DNA of 60,862 nt from Bacillus phage vB_BspP_Dartukuta: sequence record MW749009.1, one strand, 5' to 3'. Within the stretch, counting starts at the first letter, position 1. Every line of letters starts with the position of its first letter. Positions 17,245 to 26,796 of the stretch are shown one piece after another. The notes under the pieces were generated by a model that was not told where the DNA came from, did not search any database, and saw nothing but the letters and a program-made list of their open reading frames with translations. The position numbers and the translations under genes were made by a program.

Positions 17245-18516
17245 ATGCAGATCAGCTTAAACCTGCAGATACCGCACAAGCTCGCACCGCTTTACGAGCC
17301 GAAGCGATACAAAGTTATGCACGGTGGTCGTGGTGGTGGTAAGTCGCATTCTGTGGCTCAGGTGCTGCTTGACCTTGGTGCTCGGCAGCAGCTGCGTATC
17401 TTGTGTGCGCGTGAAATCCAGAAGTCAATGCGTGACTCAGTTCACCGCTTGCTCAAGGACTACATCATCAAGCTCGGGTTGACTGCATTTTATGAGATTA
17501 CTGATACCGAAATACGCGGCGTAAATGGCACGCTGTTCTTGTTCGCTGGCCTACAGGCGCACACAGTTGACTCAATCAAGTCATTCGAGGGTGTTGATAT
17601 TGTCTGGGTTGAAGAGGCGCACAGTGTTAGTAAGAAGTCGTGGGACGTACTAACACCGACCATTCGTAAAGAAGGTAGCGAAATATGGATGACGCTAAAC
17701 CCTGACATGGAGACGGACGAAACTTACGTTAGGTTTGTTGCTGCTGGCACCACTTCTGATACATGGGTTGCGGAAATCAACTGGCGCGATAACCCGTGGT
17801 TCCCAGTCGTACTGAATGAAGAGCGCAAGAAAGCCAAGCGCGAAATGAGTGCTGAAGACTACGAGCATATTTGGGAAGGAAAGGCGCGCACAGTTGCAGC
17901 CGGTGCCATATACCGTCACGAAATCATTGAGCTTGTTGCAGGTAAGCGGTTGCAGCGCATTCCGTATGACCCGCTTATGCCTGTTCACACTGTTTGGGAT
18001 TTAGGTTGGAACGACAGCATGACAATCCTGTTCGCGCAGAAAGGCCCAGCTGATATACGCATCATTGATTACATAGAGGAAAGCCATCGGACATTGGATT
18101 GGTACGTTCAACAGATAGAAAAAAGGCCATACAGATGGGGAGTTGACTATATCCCGCACGATGGGCGGACTAAAAACTTTCAAACAGGAAAAAGCACTGA
18201 AGAGCTGTTAAGGCAGATGGGCAGAAATCCTTTTGTACTCGCAGCAACTGGCATTGAAGAGGGCATTAAGGCAGTACGCATGATGTTTCCGCGCTGCTAC
18301 TTCGATGAAGACAAAACAAAACGGTTGGTTGAGTGTTTAAAGCGCTACAGCAGGCGCATACATGAAAAAACAGGCGAGCCAATGGGCCCATTGCATGATG
18401 AATACTCGCACGGCGCGGACGTGTTTAGATATTTAGGGCAAGCAGTGGAGTTGATGCGCAATGACATTGGACATACAGACTATCAAGAAGCACCCGCTGT
18501 GGACTGGCGCTTGTGA
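17245..18516 (+). CDS. Terminase large subunit (PBSX-type)
   Basis: Walker A HGGRGGGKSHSVAQ near the N-terminus, ...IVWVEEAHSVSKKSWDVLTPTIR... ATPase core; directly downstream of TerS. Confidence 0.9.
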   Translation: MQISLNLQIPHKLAPLYEPKRYKVMHGGRGGGKSHSVAQVLLDLGARQQLRILCAREIQKSMRDSVHRLLKDYIIKLGLTAFYEITDTEIRGVNGTLFLFAGLQAHTVDSIKSFEGVDIVWVEEAHSVSKKSWDVLTPTIRKEGSEIWMTLNPDMETDETYVRFVAAGTTSDTWVAEINWRDNPWFPVVLNEERKKAKREMSAEDYEHIWEGKARTVAAGAIYRHEIIELVAGKRLQRIPYDPLMPVHTVWDLGWNDSMTILFAQKGPADIRIIDYIEESHRTLDWYVQQIEKRPYRWGVDYIPHDGRTKNFQTGKSTEELLRQMGRNPFVLAATGIEEGIKAVRMMFPRCYFDEDKTKRLVECLKRYSRRIHEKTGEPMGPLHDEYSHGADVFRYLGQAVELMRNDIGHTDYQEAPAVDWRL

Positions 18517-18526
18517 GGACTAGACC

Positions 18527-20803
18527 ATGCAAAAACAAGAGCTAAGCAAAGAAGAATACGACGAGATCTTTGAGGAGATCGAGAATCAGCCGCGCTGGCG
18601 AGCCATAGCAGATAAGGAATCGGACTATGCAGACGGTAATCAACTTGATAGCGAACTGCTCAAGCGGCAGCAAGAGCTGGGTATTCCTCCGGCAGTTGAG
18701 GATTTGATTGGTCCAGCACTGCTATCAATTCAAGGTTACGAGGCAACGATACGAACAGACTGGCGCGTGACGCCTAACGGTGATCCAGGCGGCCAAGATG
18801 TAGCTGATGCAATCAACTTTAAGCTGAATCAGGCTGAGCGTGAATCGAAGGCTGACCGCGCATGCAGTGCTGCTTTCAAGTCGCAAATCACATGCGGTAT
18901 CGGATGGGTTGAGGTTGCGCGTGACTCCGATCCGTTTAAGTTTCCGTATCGCTGCAAGACGATCCACAGAAACGAAATCCACTGGGATATGAAGGCCACT
19001 GAGCCGGATTTGAGTGACGCTAGATGGTTACGCAGACAGCGTTGGTTGTCTCCAGAGCGCATTGCGTTAGTGTTTCCTGAGAAAAAGGAGCTGATTCTCG
19101 CAGCAGGTAAACATGGCTCGCAGTGGTGGCAAGATGAAACGCTCACATTTGAAGGCGGCGACGGTACTGGCCTCGAAAACGCATGGAATGAAGGCCGCTC
19201 ATGGACGATGCATGAAGACCGTTGGTACAACCCTCGCAGTAAAGAGCTGTGTGTCGCTGAGTTATGGTACCGCCGATGGGTACGAGTGCCTGTTATTAAG
19301 ACGCCCAACGGCAGGGTCGTTGAGTTTGATGAGTCAAACCTACAGCATGCCATTGCAGTCGCGAGCGGCACAGCTGAAGTAACGCAAGCAACTATCGCTA
19401 GAGTACGCCGTGCCTACTGGCTTGGACCACACAAACTGCATGACGGCCCGACACCTTACGCACACCGCCACTTCCCGTATGTGCCGTTCTTTGGATTCAT
19501 AGAAGACGCCACAGGCATTCCATACGGCTACGTGCGCTCAATGAAGTACGCGCAAGACTCGCTGAACAGTGGTCTATCAAAGCTGCGATGGGGCATGAGC
19601 GTTGTGCGTGCCGAGCGCACAAAAGGCGCAGTCGCCATGACTGATTCACAGTTTCGCAAACAGATTGCTCGACCAGATGCGGATATTGTCTTGGATGCGG
19701 CGCACATGCAGCAGCCTGGTGCGCGCTTTGAAATAAAACGAGACTACCAGCTGACTGACCAGCACTATCAAATGCTGAACGATAACCGAGCAAGCATTGA
19801 GCGCGTATCGAATATCACGGCAGGTTTTACCGGCAGGTCCGGCACAGCAACAAGCGGACTGCAAGAGCAGACTCAAGTCGAGCAGTCGAATCAATCACTC
19901 GCTAGCATCATGGATAACTTCAGAGAGGCACGTTCGCAAGTTGGCGAACTGCTTATGAGCATGATTATCCGTGACATTGGCGAGAAGCAAACTGAGGTGG
20001 TGATTGAGGGCGATGCAATCACTGCGGATCGTACTGTAACGCTCAACGCGCCTGAAACTGACCCCGCAACTGGCGTGGCATACCTATCAAACGACATTAA
20101 CCGCACTCGACTCATGGTGTCGCTCGAAGACGTACCAAGCACTAACAGCTACAGATCGCAGCAGTTACAGGCGTTGACAGAAGCAATCAAGCCACTGCCA
20201 GCCGAGTACCTGAGCGCAGCTATTCCGTTCTTAACGCAGTTGATGGACGTGCCGTTCAAACGTGACCTGATTGAAGCGTTCCGCGCAGTCGGTGAGACGC
20301 CAAGCCCTGAGCAGATCGAAGAACAAACGCAGCAGGCGGTACAGCAGGCGCTGAAGGACGCAGGCAACGAACTGAAGCAGCGTGAACTTGAAATCAAAGA
20401 GCGCAAAGCCGACAGCGAAGTGAAGAACTTGGATGCCAAAGCAGTTCAGGTGGGCGTACAAGCAGCTTTCGCAGCAATGCAGGCGGGTGCTCAGATAGCA
20501 CAGATGCCAATGATTGCGCCTATTGCCGACACAATTATGCAGGGTGCCGGTTACCAGAGGCCAAACCCAATGGGTGACGATCCAGACTTTCCGACACCAC
20601 AGCAGGCAGCCGCTACAGATATCCGTAATCCTTATGTGCAAGGTGAGGGCGCTCAACTAGGTAGCGAGCAGGTTGCCGAATTGTCGCAAGTTAACCAGAA
20701 CACCAGCCCACAATTTCCACCGGTACCTAGCGATGGCCAGTCAGCCATGCAAGGTATTGAAACAACCGATACAGCAGACAACCTGCTAGGAGGCATGCAA
20801 TGA
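18527..20803 (+). CDS. Portal protein (758 aa), inferred
   Basis: Large ORF immediately after TerL with a Gln/Ala-rich helical C-terminal region; assignment by position and size. Confidence 0.6.
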   Translation: MQKQELSKEEYDEIFEEIENQPRWRAIADKESDYADGNQLDSELLKRQQELGIPPAVEDLIGPALLSIQGYEATIRTDWRVTPNGDPGGQDVADAINFKLNQAERESKADRACSAAFKSQITCGIGWVEVARDSDPFKFPYRCKTIHRNEIHWDMKATEPDLSDARWLRRQRWLSPERIALVFPEKKELILAAGKHGSQWWQDETLTFEGGDGTGLENAWNEGRSWTMHEDRWYNPRSKELCVAELWYRRWVRVPVIKTPNGRVVEFDESNLQHAIAVASGTAEVTQATIARVRRAYWLGPHKLHDGPTPYAHRHFPYVPFFGFIEDATGIPYGYVRSMKYAQDSLNSGLSKLRWGMSVVRAERTKGAVAMTDSQFRKQIARPDADIVLDAAHMQQPGARFEIKRDYQLTDQHYQMLNDNRASIERVSNITAGFTGRSGTATSGLQEQTQVEQSNQSLASIMDNFREARSQVGELLMSMIIRDIGEKQTEVVIEGDAITADRTVTLNAPETDPATGVAYLSNDINRTRLMVSLEDVPSTNSYRSQQLQALTEAIKPLPAEYLSAAIPFLTQLMDVPFKRDLIEAFRAVGETPSPEQIEEQTQQAVQQALKDAGNELKQRELEIKERKADSEVKNLDAKAVQVGVQAAFAAMQAGAQIAQMPMIAPIADTIMQGAGYQRPNPMGDDPDFPTPQQAAATDIRNPYVQGEGAQLGSEQVAELSQVNQNTSPQFPPVPSDGQSAMQGIETTDTADNLLGGMQ

Positions 20804-20982
20804 CAGATGATTGCACCGATTGCGGCACATTCGCACGATCAGCGCCCGCTGATTACGACTACAGTAAGGCGCTTGACCTGCTTAATGAGCGTGTAGATAT
20901 GACTGACGAACAGCGCGATCTAGCAAAGGCATACCTAGACAAGGTGCGTGATAGTCAATTTAAAGAAGGTGAACAGCAATGA
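20800..20982 (+). CDS. Hypothetical small protein (60 aa)
   Basis: ORF track; start overlaps the portal stop. Confidence 0.4.
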   Translation: MTDDCTDCGTFARSAPADYDYSKALDLLNERVDMTDEQRDLAKAYLDKVRDSQFKEGEQQ

Positions 20983-21284
20983 GTAGAACAGAAGGCGGCA
21001 AAGTAACCGAGATTATTATCAGCGTTATGGGCCAAGCAGCCGTTTGCGACATTGTTGATACTGAGCAGCATCGTCAGGCTAATGTATATCTGCCACAGAA
21101 CGGTGGTGCCGCATTGTTTGCAATGTTTGACACAGGCACCGATGACGAGACAATCCGACAAGCGCTGATCCCAGTATTGCGTGGTGACCCGCTAGAGGTA
21201 GACATTGAGATCACAGACCAAGTAGCCGGTAGTTTGTTTGCTGGAACAATCGCACGACCAGTAGTTAACCTTCAACGTGCATAG
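20979..21284 (+). CDS. Hypothetical protein (101 aa)
   Basis: ORF track; start overlaps the upstream stop. Confidence 0.4.
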   Translation: MSRTEGGKVTEIIISVMGQAAVCDIVDTEQHRQANVYLPQNGGAALFAMFDTGTDDETIRQALIPVLRGDPLEVDIEITDQVAGSLFAGTIARPVVNLQRA

Positions 21285-21302
21285 CTACAAGGAATCAATC
21301 AG

Positions 21303-21327
21303 ACCCGCCATTGTGCGGGTTTTTTTG
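21303..21327 (+). terminator. Intrinsic terminator
   Basis: CCCGC-cattgt-GCGGG followed by T7 (21320..21326). Confidence 0.6.
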
Positions 21328-21343
21328 TGCCTGCAATAAAGCC

Positions 21344-21365
21344 AGCCCCCTGTAGGTTTTGAATG
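21344..21365 (+). promoter_or_regulatory. Conserved late motif, copy 2 (AGCCCCCTGTAGGTTTTGAATG)
   Basis: Just downstream of the terminator and ~110 bp upstream of the scaffold/capsid module. Confidence 0.35.
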
Positions 21366-21473
21366 CAAGCAAGCAATTAGCAACACTGCCTACCAAGCTG
21401 TGAAAGCAGCGATACATGGGCGCAAGCCCTTTGCGTAACCCTTGCGGCTACGGCGATATGTGGCGGGAAAGGC

Positions 21474-22472
21474 ATGAGTATTAATAACGAGTTAAACCAG
21501 TCGAACGATGGCGACCTAACACCTGATCAGCTTAATCGATTACTTGCGGGTGAAGATTACGAGGGCGATACCGAGGCGCAAGCTACGGAAACGGGAGGCC
21601 AGCCCGAAGCCTCCAGCGGTGATGATGAAGGCGAACCAAAGAACGAAGCAGAGTTAAGCGCTGATAACGCAGTGGTAATGGCGCGTGATAACAAACACAC
21701 CATTCCATTCGAGAAGCTGGAAGAAGCACGTGAGGGCCAGAAGCATTGGCGCGCACAGGCTGAAGCAGCACAGCAAGAGCTTGAAGCATTAAAAGCACAG
21801 GCGCAGGCGAGAGCTGACGCGGGTATTGCACCTACTCGAACAGATGAGTTGGTCGAGCAGGCTGCAGAAGCTATTGAGCAAGGTGCTGACATTAGTTTAT
21901 TCGGTGATTTCTCCGAAGAAGACTTGTCGAGCGGTATTGATAAAAAGTTCGACCAAAAAAGCGCGCCGCTTTTAGAGCGTATCGCACAACTGGAAGCAAC
22001 CTTGAAGCAAACGCTTGGGCCTATTCAAGAGAAGCAGGCAGTTGAGGCGTCAAATGCACATTACGACGCCATCCGCGCAGCGCATCCAGACGCTGACTCA
22101 GTAGTGCAATCACAGGAGCTGGCCGAATGGATTGACTCACAGCCTACTTTTGTTCGCGGATCAATGAATGCCGTGATTCAAAAAGGTAGCACTGATGAAG
22201 TTATTGAGCTGTTTAGCGCTTTCAAATCTGCAACTGGTACGACTCAAGCAGCAGGCAATCACACGGCGGAAGCTGTCCGGTCAGCTGCAAAACAAAAAAT
22301 AGCTAACGTAAAAAGTGATGTGCCTGCAAGCCTGTCGGATTTCCCAGCAGGTCGAGCAGGTGCGGGATCACGCAGCGAAGCTATGCAAGAAATGGCAGGA
22401 ATCGAGCTGCTAGATGCCATGGACTCCATGACTCCACAGCAGATCGAAGATTTCCTAAATAGAACTGTGTAA
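21474..22472 (+). CDS. Putative scaffolding protein (332 aa)
   Basis: Acidic, Ala/Glu/Gln-rich helical protein between portal and capsid; assignment by position and composition. Confidence 0.4.
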   Translation: MSINNELNQSNDGDLTPDQLNRLLAGEDYEGDTEAQATETGGQPEASSGDDEGEPKNEAELSADNAVVMARDNKHTIPFEKLEEAREGQKHWRAQAEAAQQELEALKAQAQARADAGIAPTRTDELVEQAAEAIEQGADISLFGDFSEEDLSSGIDKKFDQKSAPLLERIAQLEATLKQTLGPIQEKQAVEASNAHYDAIRAAHPDADSVVQSQELAEWIDSQPTFVRGSMNAVIQKGSTDEVIELFSAFKSATGTTQAAGNHTAEAVRSAAKQKIANVKSDVPASLSDFPAGRAGAGSRSEAMQEMAGIELLDAMDSMTPQQIEDFLNRTV

Positions 22473-22483
22473 CAGGAGGCAAC

Positions 22484-23767
22484 ATGCCCAGCCAGAACTC
22501 ACATGCGCCGTATGGTGATAAGCACAACATGAAGCAGCAGGCCGCTGGCTTGTTTGCTACCCACTTAAAACGCAACAACAAGCTATCGCACATGATCGGC
22601 AAAATGCCTAAAGGCGAAGCGGGTGCGATTGAAACAATTAAGCGCCAAACATCTTCACACCTACCATTTGTGCGTTGCATGGACTTAGGTAAAGGCACCG
22701 GTGACGAGATTACGTTTGACCTAGTAAATCCATTCGGTGCCGTGCCAATTATGGGCGGCGAAGTCGCTGAAGGTCGAGGTACCGGTTTAAGCCTAAGTCA
22801 AGACCGTTTACGAGTGAATCAGGCGCGTATCCCGATCAATTTGGGCGACACGATGACTACCATTCGCTCACCTGCTGACTTCCGTAAGTTGGGACGCCCA
22901 GTTGCTCAGGCAACAATGGACCGCTACATGGACCAATCACTTATCGTTCATGCAGCCGGTGCGCGTGGTTCTGTAAATAACTTTACCTGGTCAATCCCAC
23001 TCGAAAGCGACTCACGCTTTAACGATGTAATGGTAAACCCTGTGCGCGCCCCGACCAAAAACCGTCACTTCATGGCATCGGGCGGTTACGTTGAAGGCTT
23101 CAATCAGTCTGGTGGTGAGATGACCATTGCCAGCACAGACGTATTGAGCATGGGCGTTATCGATTCAATGCGCGCAGTGATGGATGAAATGATCCTACCG
23201 CCACCAATCGTTAAGTTTGACGGTGACTCTGCAGCAGATGACGAGCCTTTGCGCGTCATGCTGGTTACGCCAATGCAGTACAACCAGCTAGCAGCTGATC
23301 CTGAGTTCCGAAAAATTCAGATGGCGGCGCATACCCGTGCAAGTAGTAGCCAGCACCCGATCTTTAAAGGTGAAGTCGGTATCTGGAACAACTTCTTAAT
23401 CGTTAAGCAGCAGATCCCGATTCGATTCTTTGCTGGTGACAACATTAAGTATTGTGCTGATCACACTGGCGCTGAAAGCACCACAACCGTTCCTCAAGCG
23501 CTTGCAGCCGCTAAGTGCGCAGTTGATCGAGCAATCATCCTTGGTGGTCAGGCTGTTGGTGAAGGTATGGCCAAGTCTGACAAGTCAACGGTGCCGTTCT
23601 TCTGGTCTGAGAAAGAAATGGACCATGGCGACAAGGTTGAGTTGTTGATTGGCGCTATTCGCGGTGTAAGTAAATTCCGCTTTAACGTGAACACTGGCGA
23701 CCGTGTGGAAGCTACCGACTATGGCGTATGCATTCTGGACACTGTGGTTCCGCTGAACAAGGTTTAA
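22484..23767 (+). CDS. Putative major capsid protein (427 aa)
   Basis: Strong AGGAGG Shine-Dalgarno; size and position (after the scaffold) typical of a major capsid protein; no fold motif verified. Confidence 0.5.
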   Translation: MPSQNSHAPYGDKHNMKQQAAGLFATHLKRNNKLSHMIGKMPKGEAGAIETIKRQTSSHLPFVRCMDLGKGTGDEITFDLVNPFGAVPIMGGEVAEGRGTGLSLSQDRLRVNQARIPINLGDTMTTIRSPADFRKLGRPVAQATMDRYMDQSLIVHAAGARGSVNNFTWSIPLESDSRFNDVMVNPVRAPTKNRHFMASGGYVEGFNQSGGEMTIASTDVLSMGVIDSMRAVMDEMILPPPIVKFDGDSAADDEPLRVMLVTPMQYNQLAADPEFRKIQMAAHTRASSSQHPIFKGEVGIWNNFLIVKQQIPIRFFAGDNIKYCADHTGAESTTTVPQALAAAKCAVDRAIILGGQAVGEGMAKSDKSTVPFFWSEKEMDHGDKVELLIGAIRGVSKFRFNVNTGDRVEATDYGVCILDTVVPLNKV

Positions 23768-23843
23768 CTCAGCGTAACAACACAGCGTAACGGTGGGCGC
23801 TAAATCAGCGCTCACTGATTCAGATAAAAATTGGAGGCCAACC

Positions 23844-24320
23844 ATGGCTACAGTAAAAGTTAAATCCCAAGCATATCGCCAGTTCGGTATGACCGTGCCT
23901 TACGGCAACACGACCACTCTTGCTTATGGCTTAAAAACCAATGCAACGGGCGCAGTAATTAATTCCGACGCGACTGCTGCTTTAGCTGTCGGTGATGTTG
24001 TTGATCTTGGTCCATTGCCAGAAGGCATGCGTCTTGATGATGCGTTATTGGTCGTCACTGCTGGCATGACCGCAACTGTTACCGGCTCATTAGGTTTCGC
24101 TTATGAAGACGGCGCAGATAGTACAGATGTACCGCAGGATGCTGCTTACTTTGGTGCTGATCTTGACCTTGCTACAGCAGGACGCGTGCGCTCCACAGGT
24201 TCCAAGCTGGTCAAGCTACCAAAACCTGCACGACTCACATTAACCACTGCAGCAGCAGCTAACGCTAAAGCGAGTGACATTAATGTTCTAGTTACCGGTG
24301 AGTTACTAGGCGCGCTATAA
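23844..24320 (+). CDS. Hypothetical virion protein (158 aa)
   Basis: ORF track 23793..24320; ATG at 23844 with GGAGG upstream; Ala/Thr/Gly-rich. Confidence 0.4.
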   Translation: MATVKVKSQAYRQFGMTVPYGNTTTLAYGLKTNATGAVINSDATAALAVGDVVDLGPLPEGMRLDDALLVVTAGMTATVTGSLGFAYEDGADSTDVPQDAAYFGADLDLATAGRVRSTGSKLVKLPKPARLTLTTAAAANAKASDINVLVTGELLGAL

Positions 24321-24372
24321 GCGGTCAGGGCTGGCTGGTATTACCGGCTAGCCCGTTACTGGAGTGAGTGAC

Positions 24373-25191
24373 ATGAAAGTTCTTATTATCGGTATTGCTC
24401 AAGTAGCGCACGCTATTAATGCCGCATATTGCAAAGCGCTTGGTGATGATACTCAAGTCGATTGGGCTAACGCACCTGAATGGCAGCAGAAGTCTGCTAT
24501 CGCTGGCGTAGAAATGCACTTGGCAAACCCCGATGCTACGCCTGAGCAGTCACATGAGTCGTGGCTAAAACAGAAGCTCGATGAAGGCTGGGTATACGGC
24601 GAAACGAAAGATGTAGAAGCCAAGCAGCACCCGTGCTGTGTTCCTTACGCTGATTTGCCAGCAGAACAAAAGGCCAAAGACTACATTTTTCGCGCAGCTG
24701 TTCATGCGGCAAAGACACTAGCTGACTCTATGCCTAAGCCGACACAAGTTAAGCCGGTTGAAGTCGCCGCGCCTACAGGTTTCTCTGGCAAGGTTATCAA
24801 CGTGCAATATGTTGGTGTGCGCGAAGAATGGCTAGACCATACCTACAGCACAGGTCTGCACTTCACAAAAGGACAGGTTCGAGCGATCCCTGTAGTGATA
24901 GCCAATAAGCTATTGCGCCATGCTGATATCTTCCAGCAAGCCGAAGATTTGCACTCACAGGATGATGAAGAAACTCTAATCCTGATTGACCAAGCACAGG
25001 ATAAAGCAGCCGAAGAGGAGGCTAGCAAGCAACGTCACTACGATATTCTGCACGAAGTATCAAAGATGAACCGTGACGGTTTGGTTCAGTTCGCAGCTGA
25101 ACGCTACCAAGTGAAGCTGAATGGCCGCGGCAAAGCTGATGATTTGCGTGAAGAAGTTAATCAGCTAGTTAATCAGTACGGTGTCGTATGA
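24373..25191 (+). CDS. RyR (ryanodine-receptor-like) domain protein
   Basis: Motif HESWLKQKLDEGWVYGETKDVEAKQHPCCVPYADLPAEQKAKDY matches the bacterial/phage RyR domain signature (W..GW.YG...D...K.HP.LVPY..LP.E.K..D). Confidence 0.55.
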   Translation: MKVLIIGIAQVAHAINAAYCKALGDDTQVDWANAPEWQQKSAIAGVEMHLANPDATPEQSHESWLKQKLDEGWVYGETKDVEAKQHPCCVPYADLPAEQKAKDYIFRAAVHAAKTLADSMPKPTQVKPVEVAAPTGFSGKVINVQYVGVREEWLDHTYSTGLHFTKGQVRAIPVVIANKLLRHADIFQQAEDLHSQDDEETLILIDQAQDKAAEEEASKQRHYDILHEVSKMNRDGLVQFAAERYQVKLNGRGKADDLREEVNQLVNQYGVV

Positions 25192-25865
25192 CTCTTCAGG
25201 GCTTAATTGCGGCATTCCGCGTACAGGCTAACGATAAGGTTGAGCCTTACTTTTGGTCTGACGAGGAAGTCACGGGCTACCTGAACAGCGCTCAAAGCGA
25301 GGCGGCTATTCGTGCGCGCCTGATCTATGAAGTTGCCGATGTAGACGTGTGCAGTATTGACGTGATTAAAGACCAGTCAATCTACAACCTCAATCCACTG
25401 CTGTACGAGTTGTCGCATGTCTCATTCAAGGCGGACGGCGAGAAGCAAGGTAACCGTATTTCAATCATGTCGCCCGAAGATATGAGCGGCCTTTGCGCTG
25501 GCGATTGGCGTGAGCGCACAGGCAAGCCGCGATTCGCTGTACAGGCCGACAAGTGGTTAAGGCTTGCGCCTACGCCTGATTCCGACGGGCTGCTGTTCAT
25601 TGAAGGCTACCGCGTACCTAAGCCGATGGATCTAGTCGATGCAGATACTGCGGCGCCTGAAATATCAGAGCTACACCATGAGCATCTGGTCAACTGGGCG
25701 TTACATAAAGCTTTCAGTATTCCCGATGCAGAAGGTTTTGATCCGCAGCGCGCACAAGATGCTGAGCGAGACTTTACCGAATACTTTGGCATACGCCCTG
25801 ATTCAGACTTACGGCGCATTACTCGCGAAGATGTGCCGCATACCGTGGAGGCATTCTGGGTATGA
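25188..25865 (+). CDS. Hypothetical virion protein (225 aa)
   Basis: ORF track; start overlaps the upstream stop. Confidence 0.45.
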   Translation: MTLQGLIAAFRVQANDKVEPYFWSDEEVTGYLNSAQSEAAIRARLIYEVADVDVCSIDVIKDQSIYNLNPLLYELSHVSFKADGEKQGNRISIMSPEDMSGLCAGDWRERTGKPRFAVQADKWLRLAPTPDSDGLLFIEGYRVPKPMDLVDADTAAPEISELHHEHLVNWALHKAFSIPDAEGFDPQRAQDAERDFTEYFGIRPDSDLRRITREDVPHTVEAFWV

Positions 25866-26056
25866 ACAAGCTAGCAATTGACCTGAAGGTTGGCGAAACG
25901 CTAATAATCGGAACGTCATCTATCCGGCTTGAAAAGAAATCAGGCCAGTTGGCGCGCCTAGTAATCCAAGCAGATAACAACACGCCAATCACAACACCTA
26001 AAACAGCGCGCATGAGTGTGCTCCAAGAAACATCGGAGAGTACACATCATGGCTAA
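25862..26056 (+). CDS. Hypothetical small protein (64 aa)
   Basis: ORF track only. Confidence 0.3.
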   Translation: MNKLAIDLKVGETLIIGTSSIRLEKKSGQLARLVIQADNNTPITTPKTARMSVLQETSESTHHG

Positions 26057-26456
26057 CACGCTATTCGACTTCGCACGTCAACGCTTCCTTGAGGCCCAGC
26101 TGAACTGGATGACCGACACCATCAAGGTGATCTTGGTCGATACCGGCGCATACACACCACAGACAGCAGTTCACCAATACCTAGCTGATATTCCTATCTC
26201 TGCGCGTATTGCTGGGCCAGTGACGCTAACCAGTAAAACCACTACAGGCGGTGCGGCAGATGCTGCGGACGTGACATTTACCAGTGTCACAGGCGCATCC
26301 ATTGAGTCGATCATCATCTATTCAGATAGCGGTACTGAATCGACAAGCCCGTTGATTGCCTACATTGATACAGCAACCGGCTTGCCCATCACGCCCAACG
26401 GCGGTGACATTATCGTTACATGGGATAACGGCACCAACAAAATCTTTAAAGTTTAA
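26049..26456 (+). CDS. Hypothetical virion protein (135 aa)
   Basis: ORF track 26016..26456; likely ATG at 26049 (MANTLFDF). Confidence 0.45.
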   Translation: MANTLFDFARQRFLEAQLNWMTDTIKVILVDTGAYTPQTAVHQYLADIPISARIAGPVTLTSKTTTGGAADAADVTFTSVTGASIESIIIYSDSGTESTSPLIAYIDTATGLPITPNGGDIIVTWDNGTNKIFKV

Positions 26457-26479
26457 TGCGCAGCGCGCAGGAGTGCGGC

Positions 26480-26782
26480 ATGACAAAAGCCACAAAGCCA
26501 CCAACACAAGTCGCAGGCGTAGAAGGTATTGCGCCTAAGCCTATCGTGCTCACGCCTGAGTCAAGCAAGATTGATTGGGCGAGAATTATCCAATTGCCGC
26601 CATTCCAAATGTTTGCCGTCGAGCGCGCGCGCAAGTCTGCCGCCGACGTGATGGCATGGATGCCGGCATGGGCGCGCGAGCACGAGAGCGAACAGGCGCT
26701 GTTCGACGACTACTGCCAGTGGCACAAAGAAAAGGGCTACTGGCCAGCAGAGACGCCAATGGGCGAATTGATCGAGCCGTAA
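26480..26782 (+). CDS. Hypothetical protein (100 aa)
   Basis: ORF track 26456..26782; likely ATG at 26480 (MTKATKPP). Confidence 0.4.
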   Translation: MTKATKPPTQVAGVEGIAPKPIVLTPESSKIDWARIIQLPPFQMFAVERARKSAADVMAWMPAWAREHESEQALFDDYCQWHKEKGYWPAETPMGELIEP

Positions 26783-26796
26783 CGAGAGGTTATTTC

